Assembly (NCBI GenBank): GCA_965216565.1
Contig: OZ244170.1
Span: forward strand, 4,320,001-4,384,000
Source of the DNA: Bythopirellula sp.
Lineage (GTDB): Bacteria; Planctomycetota; Planctomycetia; Pirellulales; Lacipirellulaceae
Direction: 5' to 3'
Length of the DNA stretch: 64,000 nucleotides
Under the pieces are notes generated by a model that saw nothing but the letters and a program-made list of their open reading frames with translations, was not told the DNA's origin and ran no database searches. A program made the translations under genes and the position numbers. Below are positions 31,857 through 42,113 of this stretch, one piece after another; position 1 is the first letter of the stretch, and each line of letters begins with the position of its first letter.

Positions 31857-33419
31857 TTAGCTCGTCACGAGTTCGCCAGTCGGTGTATCTTGCTTGCTCT
31901 CTTTCCCCGCCCAATGCAAGATGGCTTCCTGGTCGTCGGCCGACGGCAAACTCCACTCGGGTTGGTACCCAAACAGGTCGGCTGCCGACTGCGAACGAAG
32001 CCCATCGCTCAGAATCTCGAACTTGTCGAGGGTCACTAGCGACGGGTGCACCACGCCACACGCACGGGAGAGTCGCAGTAGTTCCTTGCGAAGCGAGACC
32101 AGGTAGTTGGCGAGCCGAGCACTCTTGAGCGTGGGGTCGAGTCCCCGCATGAGCCACTTGTTTTGAGTAGCGATTCCCGTAGGGCAAAAACCTGTGTGGC
32201 AACGCTGCGCTTGAATGCAACCGATCGCCAGCATCGCCTCGCGGGCCACATTGATGATGTCGCAACCCATGCCAAAGGCCAGCAAGGCCGCTTCGGGGAA
32301 GCCTAACTTCCCCGAGCCCACAAACACGACGTCCTTGTGCAGATCGAGCTTCACAAACTCACGATACACGCTGCTCATGCCATTTTTGAACGGCAAGGCG
32401 ACATGGTCGGTGAACACAAGCGGCGCGGCACCTGTGCCACCCTCGCCACCGTCGATCGTGATGAAATCGACGCCTCGCTGGGTGGTCGACATTTGATGGG
32501 CCAGATCTTGCCAAAATTCGAGCTCGCCCACCGCACTCTTGATGCCCACGGGCAAACCCGTTTCGTCGGCGATCATCTCCACAAAGTCGAGCATGCTGTC
32601 GACATCGTGGAAGGCACGGTGATGGTTAGGGCTCGCACAATCGACGCCCAGCGGAATTCCCCGCACGGCGGCGATCTCGGGCGTAATTTTTGCCGCGGGC
32701 AGCATCCCTCCGACACCTGGCTTGGCGCCTTGGCTGAGTTTGATCTCGATCGCCCGCACCTGGTGCTCAGCCAGAACCTCTTGTAAACGAGGCAGACTAA
32801 AGTCGCCCTGCTCATCGCGGCAACCGAAATATGCGGTGCCGATTTGCCAAACCAGATCGCCACCCTGTTTGTGATACGGCGACGCCCCGCCCTCGCCCGT
32901 GTTGTGTAACGCCCCGGCAAGTTTCGCACCTCCGTTGAGGGCCGCTATAGCAGGTCCACTCAGCGAACCGAAGCTCATCCCCGAGATATTTACCGCCGAC
33001 GCCGGTTGAAAGGCCTTCGCCCGACCACGGCTTTTGCCAATAGTCTTCGCGCACGGCAAGGAATAGTCTGAATCGTGCCCCGGCTGACCCGGTTGGGGAT
33101 CGTCGATGGGAAAGGCGCTATGCTTCACTAACAAATGGTTCGGAGTATGCTCCAAGTCGGCACTCGTGCCGAAGCCAAAGTAGTTGTTTTGCTTTTTCGA
33201 CGACGCATAAACCCACCGTCGTTGCGCACGGCTAAAGGGTCGCTCTTCGTTGTCGCTCGCCACGATATATTGCCGCAGTTCCGGGCCGATGTGCTCTAGC
33301 CAATATCGGAAATGCCCCACGATGGGAAAGATCCGCAAAATGCTGTGCTTGCGCTGTGTGATGTCGTAAACGGCTAATCCAATAACAGCGACGAGCCCCA
33401 GAAATAATAACCAACCCAT
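31857..33419 (-). CDS. FMN-binding glutamate synthase family protein (stand-alone, N-terminal TM)
   Basis: SGMSFGSLS, NTGEGG, EIKLSQGAKPG, DGGEGGTGAAP and the 3Fe-4S motif CIQAQRCHTGFCPTG. Confidence 0.9.
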   Translation of the reverse strand: MGWLLFLGLVAVIGLAVYDITQRKHSILRIFPIVGHFRYWLEHIGPELRQYIVASDNEERPFSRAQRRWVYASSKKQNNYFGFGTSADLEHTPNHLLVKHSAFPIDDPQPGQPGHDSDYSLPCAKTIGKSRGRAKAFQPASAVNISGMSFGSLSGPAIAALNGGAKLAGALHNTGEGGASPYHKQGGDLVWQIGTAYFGCRDEQGDFSLPRLQEVLAEHQVRAIEIKLSQGAKPGVGGMLPAAKITPEIAAVRGIPLGVDCASPNHHRAFHDVDSMLDFVEMIADETGLPVGIKSAVGELEFWQDLAHQMSTTQRGVDFITIDGGEGGTGAAPLVFTDHVALPFKNGMSSVYREFVKLDLHKDVVFVGSGKLGFPEAALLAFGMGCDIINVAREAMLAIGCIQAQRCHTGFCPTGIATQNKWLMRGLDPTLKSARLANYLVSLRKELLRLSRACGVVHPSLVTLDKFEILSDGLRSQSAADLFGYQPEWSLPSADDQEAILHWAGKESKQDTPTGELVTS

Positions 33420-33991
33420 ATTCGATGACCTCGCAGATAGAGATTTGTTTGCATCGAAAGATAGCTTTTTCTGGGGGGCGGGGTGGCGATGTTGGCGACG
33501 GGTTGTAGCGGTTGTGTGGGGCGGAGGTAGATTCTCGCAGAGCTGCGGAGTCGCGGAGAGGCTGAAGCACCGTGAACAACGAGGAAGTATCGCAGCTACG
33601 GCATATTGATGTAGGATAATGCCGCAAGGCCCATCGTCTTACAGAAGAGTCACCGGCGGGGAACTCTCTGGACTGGTTGCTCTCCCTAGGTACAGTTCAA
33701 TCAACATAGGTCAAGATCTTTCTAGTTATGTCTCTTTCTTTCGAAAGTCATGGTTACCGCTGGCGTGTTAGAGAGGGATTTGCTCCGCAAGGTAGCAAGG
33801 AACAGGAATCACCACTACTTGTAGAACAGCTAAGACTATCTGTGCTTTGGATTCGAAAAATGTCAGTGCACGAAATTGGAAGCTGGTTTGTCGCTAGGCT
33901 CAATTACCTGACGTCTGGAAGCCTTCATACAGTTGGGCGAAAGCTTTGGCCACGACACCAATGAGTTTGGTTACAAGATTCGCTGCAAGAA

Positions 33992-34223
33992 TATGGAAAA
34001 CATCCGACTAGCAAGTGGAGCGGTTGTAATACATGACAAACGGGTTTACTTCGAACACACCGCCCCAGTGATGCCCGATTTTCAATCGCTATTTGTTCAG
34101 ATGGTTGCTGATAACCCTAGAGACTTAGAAGAAATCAGAATCGAAGTCCGCATCCCAAATGAAGATGATAGCGTGATTCGTTCTCGCTTCTATGGATGGG
34201 ACGGCTGCTCGCTACTTAGCTAA
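33992..34223 (+). CDS. Small hypothetical protein or gene remnant
   Basis: 76-codon ATG-started ORF in a lower-GC 1.1-kb gap; no recognisable motif. Confidence 0.3.
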
Positions 34224-34524
34224 CCACGGACTAGAGCGCATTTACTTCGCGCGGGAGGTCTCATTCTTTGATATGGAAATGCCCCCGGTGACCTCGCCAC
34301 CCAAGCAGATTTCCGAACAGCCGCAAGAAGTACTCTGTCATTATTTTGTGGAAAACTGTCTCGGCTACCCGCTGCAGAATCTCCCGTAGCCTTGCCTTGC
34401 GTGGCAAGGCGGCTGATTCTCGCTGCTCATAACTCTTAGCCTGTTACTTCCCCCCTCCCCCCTCGTCCCGCTACAATGGCCGTTCGCACACACACGAGAC
34501 ACCGCACACGTGGAGGGAGCCGCC

Positions 34525-37500
34525 TTGTCGAGCCCGTTTGTTCATCTGCACTGCCATAGCCATTTCAGTTTGCTCGATGGCGCGAGCCCTATCAAAGCGC
34601 TCGTCAGCAGGGCCAAAGAATTGGGCATGAACGCCCTGGCTCTGACCGATCATGGCAACCTTTATGGAGCATTGCAGTTTTACGAAGCGTGCAAGGCCGA
34701 GGGCATCAACCCGGTCGTAGGTTACGAAGCGTATGTTGCTCCCAACAGTCGTTTCGATCGAGGTGGTGCGCTCAGCAGTAAAGAGTCGAGCTATCATCTA
34801 ACGCTGCTGGCGCAGAATCGCACGGGATTTAAGAATCTCGTGAAGATGTCGAGCCATGCGTTTCTCGAAGGATTTTATCACAAGCCGCGCATCGATCGGG
34901 AGTTGTTAGCCGATCATAGCGAGGGGATCGTTTGCCTGAGCGGTTGTGTGTCGGGTGAGTTTAGCCGTACCTTGCTCACTGGTAGTGGGGCTGCGACCGA
35001 AGAACAGATTGCCTCGGCCCAGGAAATCGCCGGTTGGTTCCATCAGGTGTTTGGCGATCGTTACTTTATCGAAATCCAAGACAACGGCTTGGAGATCCAA
35101 CGACAAGCCAAAGAGGCAGCCGTCGAAGTCGCCCAGCGAATGGGTTTGCCGTTGGTGGCCACCAGCGATGCCCACTATGTGAATCAGGAAGATGCTGTTG
35201 CCCAAGACGTACTGCTGTGCATCAACACAGGCAAGTTCCGCACGGATACGAACCGGATGAAGATGGAGGGCGATCAGTTTTTCTTGCGGAGCCCCGAGCA
35301 AATGTATGAGGCCCTGCCCGATCAGGTGGAAGCCTTGGGCCGCTCGCAGGAAATTGCCGACTCGGTGCATATCGACCTCGACCTGGGGAAACGCCATTTC
35401 CCTACATTCCATCCACCTGAGAAAAAAGATTCCCAGGACTATTTACGCGAGCTTTGCATTGACGGGCTCAAGGAACGTTACGCCAACGAGCCCGAACGGT
35501 GGGAAGGGGAGGACCTTTCTCAAGGGGTCTACGATCGACTCAATCGAGAGCTGGGGGTGATCGGCAAGCTCGGCTTCCCCGATTATTTCCTCATTGTCTG
35601 GGACTTTGTCCGGTTCGCAGTGGAGCAAGGTATCCCATGCACGGCCCGTGGTTCGGGAGTCGGTTCGTTAGTTTGCTATGCCCTAAAGATGAGCCACGTA
35701 TGCCCACTGAAGTACGATCTGCTGTTCGAGCGGTTCCTGGATGAAAATCGTTTGGAAGCGCCTGATATCGACATCGATTTCTGTAAGGACCGTCGGGGCG
35801 ATGTCATTCAATATGTGAAAGATAAGTATGGCGAAGCAAACGTCGCCCAGATTGGTACGTTCGGAACGCTTGCTGCCCGGGCAGCGATTCGCGATGTGGG
35901 CCGCACGCTGGGGATGCCTATCTTTCGCGTCGATCAAGTTGTGGCGATGGTCCCAGACCAGCTTGGGATTTCGATTGGGAAAGCCCTGGAGCAAAGCGAC
36001 GAACTCAAGAAAACCTATGAAGGCGACTCAGAGGTCCGCGAACTGATTGATCTTGCGCAGAAAATCGAAGGCCTCGCACGTAACGTCGGCACACATGCCG
36101 CGGCAGTGGTGATTGCAGAGCATCCTGTCGACGAGTATGTGCCGCTGCAGCAAGTGAAGGGGAAGACGGAAGTCATCACCCAATGGGCAATGGGCGATGT
36201 AGAACGTGCTGGGTTGTTGAAAATGGATTTTCTCGGCCTGCGGAATCTAACCATTTTGGCCCGTAGTATCGAACTCATCGAACAGTCGCGGGGCGAAAAA
36301 GTCGATCCCTACCAATTCCCGTTGGACGACAAAGAAACCTTCGCCCTGCTCTGCCGTGGCGAAACGAAAGGCATCTTTCAATTGGAAAGTGGCGGTATTC
36401 GCGACCTGCTCCAGCGGATGCGGCCCGACCATTTCCGCGATATTATCGCTACCAACGCCTTGTATCGTCCTGGTCCGCTAGAAGGGGGGATGGTCGACGA
36501 CTACATCGAGGTGAAGCATGGTCGGCAAGAGGCCGAGTATGTCCATCCCGTGATGGAAAAAGTGTTGGAAGAGACACACGGCGTGATGGTCTACCAAGAG
36601 CAGGTGATGCGGATCCTAAACCTGCTGGGCGGCATTCAGCTTTCCGATGCGTACAGCTGTATTAAGGCGATCAGCAAGAAAAAGCTGCCGATGATCGCGA
36701 AGTTCCGCGAGGAATTTCTCTCCGGCGCGCAGAGTCAGGGACTGGAGAAGAAAAAGGCCGAAGAGCTATTTGGCATGATCGAGAAGTTTGCTGGTTACGG
36801 ATTCAACAAAAGCCATTCGACCGCCTATGCCTTGATCGCCTATATGACAGCCTATCTCAAGGCACACTACTCGCTGGAGTTTATGGCGGCGTTGCTCTCG
36901 TGCGATATTCCCGGGCGAAATTTCAAGAATAAGGACGCTCTGGTCGAGCACATGGAAGACTGCCGGCGCATGGAAGTCGAGGTCATGCCGCCCGACGTGA
37001 ATTCTTGCGATGCCGATTTCAAAGTGGAAGACGGGAAGATTTTCTTTGGACTCAGCGCCATTAAGGCCTGCGGTAGTGGTGCAGCCGATGCCATTGCCGC
37101 GTCGCGCAATAATGATGGGCAATTCAAAAGCATTTTCGATTTTTGCGAACGGGTCGATCCGCAAGATTGCAATCGGGCTACGATCGAAGCACTCATTAAA
37201 TCAGGGGCGTGTGACAGTCTAGGAGGGCATCGAGCCCAACTGCTTGCAGCCTTGGACCGAGCATTGCAGTCGGGCGCAGCCGCGGCGGCCGATCGTCGTT
37301 CGGGCCAAAAAGGTTTGTTTGAAGACGCCGAAGATGATACGGCCGAGCAGGCGAGCACAGATCTCCCCAACATTCCACCCACCGAAGAAAAAGAACAACT
37401 GGTTCAAGAGAAAGAAGTGCTGGGCTTTTACCTCACCAGCCATCCATTAGCCGAGCACGAGACCACGCTCCGCACTTACTGCACGCATTCGAGCTCTTCA

Positions 37501-38052
37501 CTCGGCAGTTTGAAGCATCGCGACGAAATTCGCATGGGGGGCATGCTCTCGGCAATTAAGTTCTCGCATACCAAGAATCCACGGCCAGGCGCACCGAGTA
37601 AATACGCCATGTGGGATTTAGAAGACCTCGACGGCATCACTCGTTGCATTATGTGGCCAGAGCAGTTCAATGATTTCGGAAACTTCGTCGAACCTGACGC
37701 ATTAGTTGGTGTGTTGGGAAAGGTAGATCGTCGCCCTGGCGCTGAGGAAGTGAATATGATTGTCGATCGCCTGATGCCGTTGGGCGATATGTCGAGCCAA
37801 TTCAGCAGTGGCATGTTGATCCGCGTCCGCGAGGAGGAGCACGGCCAGCATAAGCTAGAGCAACTCCGCGAAATCGTCCGCGGCTACCCCGGCAAGAAGC
37901 GATTGCGACTACGGCTCGATTTGGCCACCGGCGGTCAGGTATGGATTGACAGCGGTTGGTCTGGCGTTGAACCGAATGCTGAACTGAATAATCGTGTTGA
38001 CCAATTATTAGGTGAAGGGAACCGACTGCTAGAAAGTGCCTCGGCCCGTTGA
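34525..38052 (+). CDS. dnaE: DNA polymerase III alpha subunit
   Basis: PHP motifs HLHCHSHFSLLDG and TDHGN, then RGSGVGS, PDIDIDF, KMDFLGL, YGFNKSH and an OB fold. TTG start follows GGAGGGAG. Confidence 0.97.
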   Translation: MSSPFVHLHCHSHFSLLDGASPIKALVSRAKELGMNALALTDHGNLYGALQFYEACKAEGINPVVGYEAYVAPNSRFDRGGALSSKESSYHLTLLAQNRTGFKNLVKMSSHAFLEGFYHKPRIDRELLADHSEGIVCLSGCVSGEFSRTLLTGSGAATEEQIASAQEIAGWFHQVFGDRYFIEIQDNGLEIQRQAKEAAVEVAQRMGLPLVATSDAHYVNQEDAVAQDVLLCINTGKFRTDTNRMKMEGDQFFLRSPEQMYEALPDQVEALGRSQEIADSVHIDLDLGKRHFPTFHPPEKKDSQDYLRELCIDGLKERYANEPERWEGEDLSQGVYDRLNRELGVIGKLGFPDYFLIVWDFVRFAVEQGIPCTARGSGVGSLVCYALKMSHVCPLKYDLLFERFLDENRLEAPDIDIDFCKDRRGDVIQYVKDKYGEANVAQIGTFGTLAARAAIRDVGRTLGMPIFRVDQVVAMVPDQLGISIGKALEQSDELKKTYEGDSEVRELIDLAQKIEGLARNVGTHAAAVVIAEHPVDEYVPLQQVKGKTEVITQWAMGDVERAGLLKMDFLGLRNLTILARSIELIEQSRGEKVDPYQFPLDDKETFALLCRGETKGIFQLESGGIRDLLQRMRPDHFRDIIATNALYRPGPLEGGMVDDYIEVKHGRQEAEYVHPVMEKVLEETHGVMVYQEQVMRILNLLGGIQLSDAYSCIKAISKKKLPMIAKFREEFLSGAQSQGLEKKKAEELFGMIEKFAGYGFNKSHSTAYALIAYMTAYLKAHYSLEFMAALLSCDIPGRNFKNKDALVEHMEDCRRMEVEVMPPDVNSCDADFKVEDGKIFFGLSAIKACGSGAADAIAASRNNDGQFKSIFDFCERVDPQDCNRATIEALIKSGACDSLGGHRAQLLAALDRALQSGAAAAADRRSGQKGLFEDAEDDTAEQASTDLPNIPPTEEKEQLVQEKEVLGFYLTSHPLAEHETTLRTYCTHSSSSLGSLKHRDEIRMGGMLSAIKFSHTKNPRPGAPSKYAMWDLEDLDGITRCIMWPEQFNDFGNFVEPDALVGVLGKVDRRPGAEEVNMIVDRLMPLGDMSSQFSSGMLIRVREEEHGQHKLEQLREIVRGYPGKKRLRLRLDLATGGQVWIDSGWSGVEPNAELNNRVDQLLGEGNRLLESASAR

Positions 38053-38164
38053 ATTGTACATGAGTCTCCAGATTGAAAATGCGTTCCTCTTTGCCCAGGT
38101 TGTTTGGCTGTGTAAGCTAGTCACCTGGACCTATCACTCCTGAGAAAGCACGACAATCGCAACC

Positions 38165-39139
38165 ATGGCAAGCATTAAGAGAGTATTGGTCACGGGCGGG
38201 GCGGGATTCTTGGGTTCCCACCTGTGCGAGCGACTGGTCGACATGGGGCACGACGTGATTTGCCTCGACAATTTCTTCACAAGTCAAAAGGCGAACGTCA
38301 CGCATTTGCTCGATAAACCAAATTTTGAGCTGATTCGTCACGACATCACATTGCCCGTCTTTTTAGAAGTCGATGAAATCTACAACCTAGCATGTCCGGC
38401 CGCGCCGGGGCATTATCAGTACAATCCAATTAAGACAATGAAAACTTCCGTACTGGGTGCGATTCACGTGCTCGGCATGGCCAGACGTTGTCGGGCGAAA
38501 GTCTTTCAGGCATCCACGAGCGAAGTCTATGGCGATCCGGAAGTCCATCCCCAGACCGAGTCGTATCGTGGGTCGGTAAACCCGATCGGGCCGCGTGCAT
38601 GCTACGATGAGGGAAAGCGTGCGGCCGAAACCTTGTTCTTCGATTATCACCGAAACAATGCAATCGATATTCGCGTCGTTCGTATCTTCAATACATACGG
38701 ACCCGGGATGCATCCTTTCGATGGTCGTGTCGTCTCGAACTTTATTCGACAAGCACTTGCCGGCGACGACATTACAATCTTTGGCGATGGCGAGCAGACC
38801 CGGTCGTTCTGCTACTGCGATGATCTAATCGACGGCTTTCTGTTAATGATGGACTCACCGGAAGGATTCATCGGTCCTCTGAATCTAGGGAATCCCAATG
38901 AGTTCACAATTCGCGAACTGGCTGAAACTATTCTCGAATTGACTGGTTCTAAGTCGAAGCTGGTAAGGGAGCCCTTACCTGAGGACGACCCGGTGCGAAG
39001 GCAACCCGATATTTCTCTGGCCAAGGAAAAGCTGGGTTGGGAACCTAAGGTCGAACTGCGAGAAGGTTTGTCGCGGACAATCGATTGGTTCAAGTCGATT
39101 CGCATGGAAGAATTCCGTGCACCGACTCCCAACTACTAG
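38165..39139 (+). CDS. UDP-glucuronate decarboxylase (UDP-xylose synthase) family SDR
   Basis: [34 protein letters not shown] and DGRVVSNF motifs. Confidence 0.92.
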   Translation: MASIKRVLVTGGAGFLGSHLCERLVDMGHDVICLDNFFTSQKANVTHLLDKPNFELIRHDITLPVFLEVDEIYNLACPAAPGHYQYNPIKTMKTSVLGAIHVLGMARRCRAKVFQASTSEVYGDPEVHPQTESYRGSVNPIGPRACYDEGKRAAETLFFDYHRNNAIDIRVVRIFNTYGPGMHPFDGRVVSNFIRQALAGDDITIFGDGEQTRSFCYCDDLIDGFLLMMDSPEGFIGPLNLGNPNEFTIRELAETILELTGSKSKLVREPLPEDDPVRRQPDISLAKEKLGWEPKVELREGLSRTIDWFKSIRMEEFRAPTPNY

Positions 39140-39155
39140 GCTAGCTTTCTATCAG

Positions 39156-39584
39156 CTAGGCCGAAACGGCTGGGCTTCGCCAGCGGAAGAAAAAACCACG
39201 CAGCAATTGGTAAATGACAATCCCGGAGACAATCCCCGCGATATCAGCCAACCAATCGAGCCCGTCGCATGATCGTCCAAAGGGTGTTTGCGTTATCTCG
39301 TCGAACGCACCGTATAATGTCCCGACGAGCCAAACGACAAAAAAATGCGAAGGGCGCAAGATGCCCGCCGACAATTCCCAACTAATTAATGCCGAAACGG
39401 TAAGTGCTAGGTAGGCACTGTAGTGAATTAGTTTGTCGCCAATAGAAAACCCAGGCACTGAGTGTGATGGAAGATGTGTGCCGATGAACATCGCCAGCAG
39501 CAGAATTGCTGTGAAATAGCGAGCCAACTGGGCGGCTAGCCGCAATCGGGAATTCGGTAGTAAAGTGTTTGCCATGGGATTCAT
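39156..39584 (-). CDS. VanZ-family membrane protein
   Basis: DKLIHYSAY, YGAFDEITQ and GRSCDGLDWLAD motifs. Confidence 0.85.
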   Translation of the reverse strand: MNPMANTLLPNSRLRLAAQLARYFTAILLLAMFIGTHLPSHSVPGFSIGDKLIHYSAYLALTVSALISWELSAGILRPSHFFVVWLVGTLYGAFDEITQTPFGRSCDGLDWLADIAGIVSGIVIYQLLRGFFFRWRSPAVSA

Positions 39585-39788
39585 ATCAAAGATCGACGGT
39601 GCTCAACATTGGGCTGGCAGAAAACCAATTATACCTGCCGCTAGTGACTAGAATGAGTAATTATCGAGAAGTTCGTATTTTGCTGTTTCTACGCCATTCC
39701 GCCTCAGTTCGTTCGGCTATTTTTTCTGGCGGCGGCCCGTAGGACTATGACGTCCGGGAAACAAACAAAGTTCCTCCAGGCGAGTTAG

Positions 39789-40250
39789 ATGGAACACGAA
39801 AAATACATGCTCCAAGCCCTGGCACAGGCCGAGGCTGCCTCGGAATTGGACGAAGTCCCGGTCGGGGCTGTCATCGTCCGTGAGGGCAGAATGCTGGCTG
39901 CTGCCCACAACGAACGCGAGCGGTTGCACGATCCCACCGCTCATGCGGAAATGATTGCCATCACCCAGGCATCCGAAGCTTTAGGAAGCTGGCGATTGGA
40001 GGGCTGCACGCTGTACGTTACGCTTGAACCGTGTCCAATGTGTGCCGGGGCAATCCAACAAGCGCGACTGGCCCAAGTGGTGTATGGTGCAGAAGATCCT
40101 AAAGCAGGTGCCGTGCGGAGTTTGTTTCGTTTGCTCGACGATCCTCGATTGAATCATCAGACTGAGATTGTCGAAGGAGTACTTGCCGACCGTTGCGGAG
40201 AACTTCTCACCCAATTCTTTGTCCGTAAGCGTCAACAGGGTAAGAAATGA
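39789..40250 (+). CDS. tadA: tRNA adenosine(34) deaminase
   Basis: [21 protein letters not shown] and DPKAGA motifs. Confidence 0.93.
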   Translation: MEHEKYMLQALAQAEAASELDEVPVGAVIVREGRMLAAAHNERERLHDPTAHAEMIAITQASEALGSWRLEGCTLYVTLEPCPMCAGAIQQARLAQVVYGAEDPKAGAVRSLFRLLDDPRLNHQTEIVEGVLADRCGELLTQFFVRKRQQGKK

Positions 40251-41281
40251 GTCAAGCGGACGCGACAATCTTGATCACTGGGGGAGCGGGCTTCATTGGT
40301 AGCACCTTAGTGCGGCAATGCCTTAAGGAAGACGCTGCCCGAGTTGTAAACTTGGATTGCTTCACCTACGCGGGACATCGAGCTTCGCTTGATGCAGTTG
40401 AAAATCACCCATCTTACACCCTGGCCGAAGGGGATATTGGCGATGCTCAGTGGGTTGGTGAAATACTCAGCCAGCATCAGCCGCAGGCGATTATGCATTT
40501 GGCTGCGGAAAGCCATGTCGATCGCTCGATTGTTGATCCGCATCGGTTTGTCGCTACCAATGTGCTTGGGACCTGCACCTTGTTGGAGGAAGCGACGCGT
40601 TATTGGCTAAGTCTTGAAGAGAATCGGCAGAGCAGGTTTCGATTCCTCTATGTATCGACCGACGAGGTCTTTGGTGCGACAGACGAAGGCGAATTTTTCG
40701 ACGAGTCGAGCCCCGTGGCACCAAACTCGCCCTATGCTGCTTCCAAATCCGCCGGGGAGCAACTGACGCAGTCGTTTGGTCACACTTATGGTTTGCCTTT
40801 CGTAATCGCCAACCCCACCAATCACTATGGGCCTCGACAGCATCCAGAAAAGCTAATCCCTCGCATGATCCTTAACGCCGCTGCCGACGAGATTCTGCCC
40901 ATTTACGGGGACGGATTGCAACAGCGTGATTGGATCCACGTGGAAGATGGGTGCCGCGCGTTGCGAACTATTTTGGCCAGTGGGAAGATTGGCACCCGTT
41001 ATCTGGTGGGTTCAGAGACTAGCCAGCCGAATCTGTCTGTGGTGGAGTCCATTTGCGATCTGGTGGACGAGGTAATCGGAGACTCAGGAGCGCGCCGACA
41101 ACTCATTCAACACGTCGCAGATCGGCTTGGCCACGACCGGCGCTATGCCATAAGTAGCAAGACTTTGAGAACCGAAACTACCTGGCGGCCACGGGTCGAT
41201 TTCACCGTCGGCTTACGCAATACGGTGACCTGGTATCTAGAGAATCCCGATTGGGTGGCAGCAATCTCCGCCACGTCCTAG
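40247..41281 (+). CDS. rfbB: dTDP-glucose 4,6-dehydratase
   Basis: [38 protein letters not shown] and GHDRRYA motifs. Confidence 0.88.
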   Translation: MSQADATILITGGAGFIGSTLVRQCLKEDAARVVNLDCFTYAGHRASLDAVENHPSYTLAEGDIGDAQWVGEILSQHQPQAIMHLAAESHVDRSIVDPHRFVATNVLGTCTLLEEATRYWLSLEENRQSRFRFLYVSTDEVFGATDEGEFFDESSPVAPNSPYAASKSAGEQLTQSFGHTYGLPFVIANPTNHYGPRQHPEKLIPRMILNAAADEILPIYGDGLQQRDWIHVEDGCRALRTILASGKIGTRYLVGSETSQPNLSVVESICDLVDEVIGDSGARRQLIQHVADRLGHDRRYAISSKTLRTETTWRPRVDFTVGLRNTVTWYLENPDWVAAISATS

Positions 41282-41441
41282 CGGTTCTCGAACCCTCAGA
41301 GGGGTTCAGTTTGTAACAATCCTAACCAATAGATTGTTTAGATTGGTCCCGCCGCTGCGGAACTCTTGGCTAAGCGACACGTCGAACAATAGGAACAGCC
41401 TATGCTTGCTTGAGAAGCGTTCCCCGTGCCAGTCGCGAAAT

Positions 41442-41470
41442 TTGCCCTAAAACAGACAATTGCTTATAAT
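41442..41470 (+). promoter_or_regulatory. Sigma70-type promoter
   Basis: TTGCCC-N17-TATAAT, about 60 bp upstream of the ATG at 41532. Confidence 0.6.
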
Positions 41471-41531
41471 GATGGCACTTGGGGACAAGGAATTCATCTT
41501 GCCGCAGAATTTGTACTGAAAGTGTTTTGCC

Positions 41532-42107
41532 ATGCTGGTTTATAAGATAACCGCTCCGTTCGCTGCCCTCGCCTTAGTGTTCGCCGCTGTTCAAGACGTT
41601 CGTGGTCAAGGCTACGCCAATGCCCAGGTCAGCCAGTTTCGCAATTCAACCGGTGCCTCTGCCTTCTCCTCTGATCGACTAAAGCGTCAGGTTCAAGGCC
41701 GTGATATCGGTCGGTTCGGTGTAGCCGGGGTTAATGCAACAAACTTTTCTACTGACCGCCGCAGTAAGCCATTTCAGTCTCTGAATCGTGGACCAGCGGT
41801 GAGCCCCTACTTGGCTCTCTCTAATGCCCGCGGTGGAATCTCTGACTATTACAACGTGATTCAGCCGCAACGCGAGTTCGAACGTGCACGCCGACAGCAG
41901 GATATCGAAAACCAGCGCAATCAGCGGGCAATTCTTGCTAACCAGCAACGGTTGAATAAGATCGCAGCGCAGGCTCCCTTCGACGTCACCGGTGATAAGG
42001 AACTAGCCCCGACTGGCCATAGTGTGACGTATCAGGCCTTCTCCAACTTCGGCAGTACAGGCAATTATTTCGCGCCGCCCCAAGGCCTCGATAAGCAGTT
42101 CAGATAA
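41532..42107 (+). CDS. Secreted hypothetical protein
   Basis: Signal peptide, a PAVSPYLAL...DYYNVIQP segment and a short Gln/Arg-rich coiled coil. Confidence 0.75.
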   Translation: MLVYKITAPFAALALVFAAVQDVRGQGYANAQVSQFRNSTGASAFSSDRLKRQVQGRDIGRFGVAGVNATNFSTDRRSKPFQSLNRGPAVSPYLALSNARGGISDYYNVIQPQREFERARRQQDIENQRNQRAILANQQRLNKIAAQAPFDVTGDKELAPTGHSVTYQAFSNFGSTGNYFAPPQGLDKQFR

Positions 42108-42113
42108 GCGTCT

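Noticed and set aside
34525..38052. Intein or split/error-prone DnaE
   Set aside because: The length is typical (~1175 aa) with continuous PHP-Pol-HhH-OB motifs. No intein-like insertion and no imuA/imuB neighbours were seen.
38165..41281. Polysaccharide biosynthesis cluster
   Set aside because: Only two nucleotide-sugar SDR enzymes are present, separated by vanZ and tadA. No glycosyltransferase, flippase or rfbACD genes were seen.
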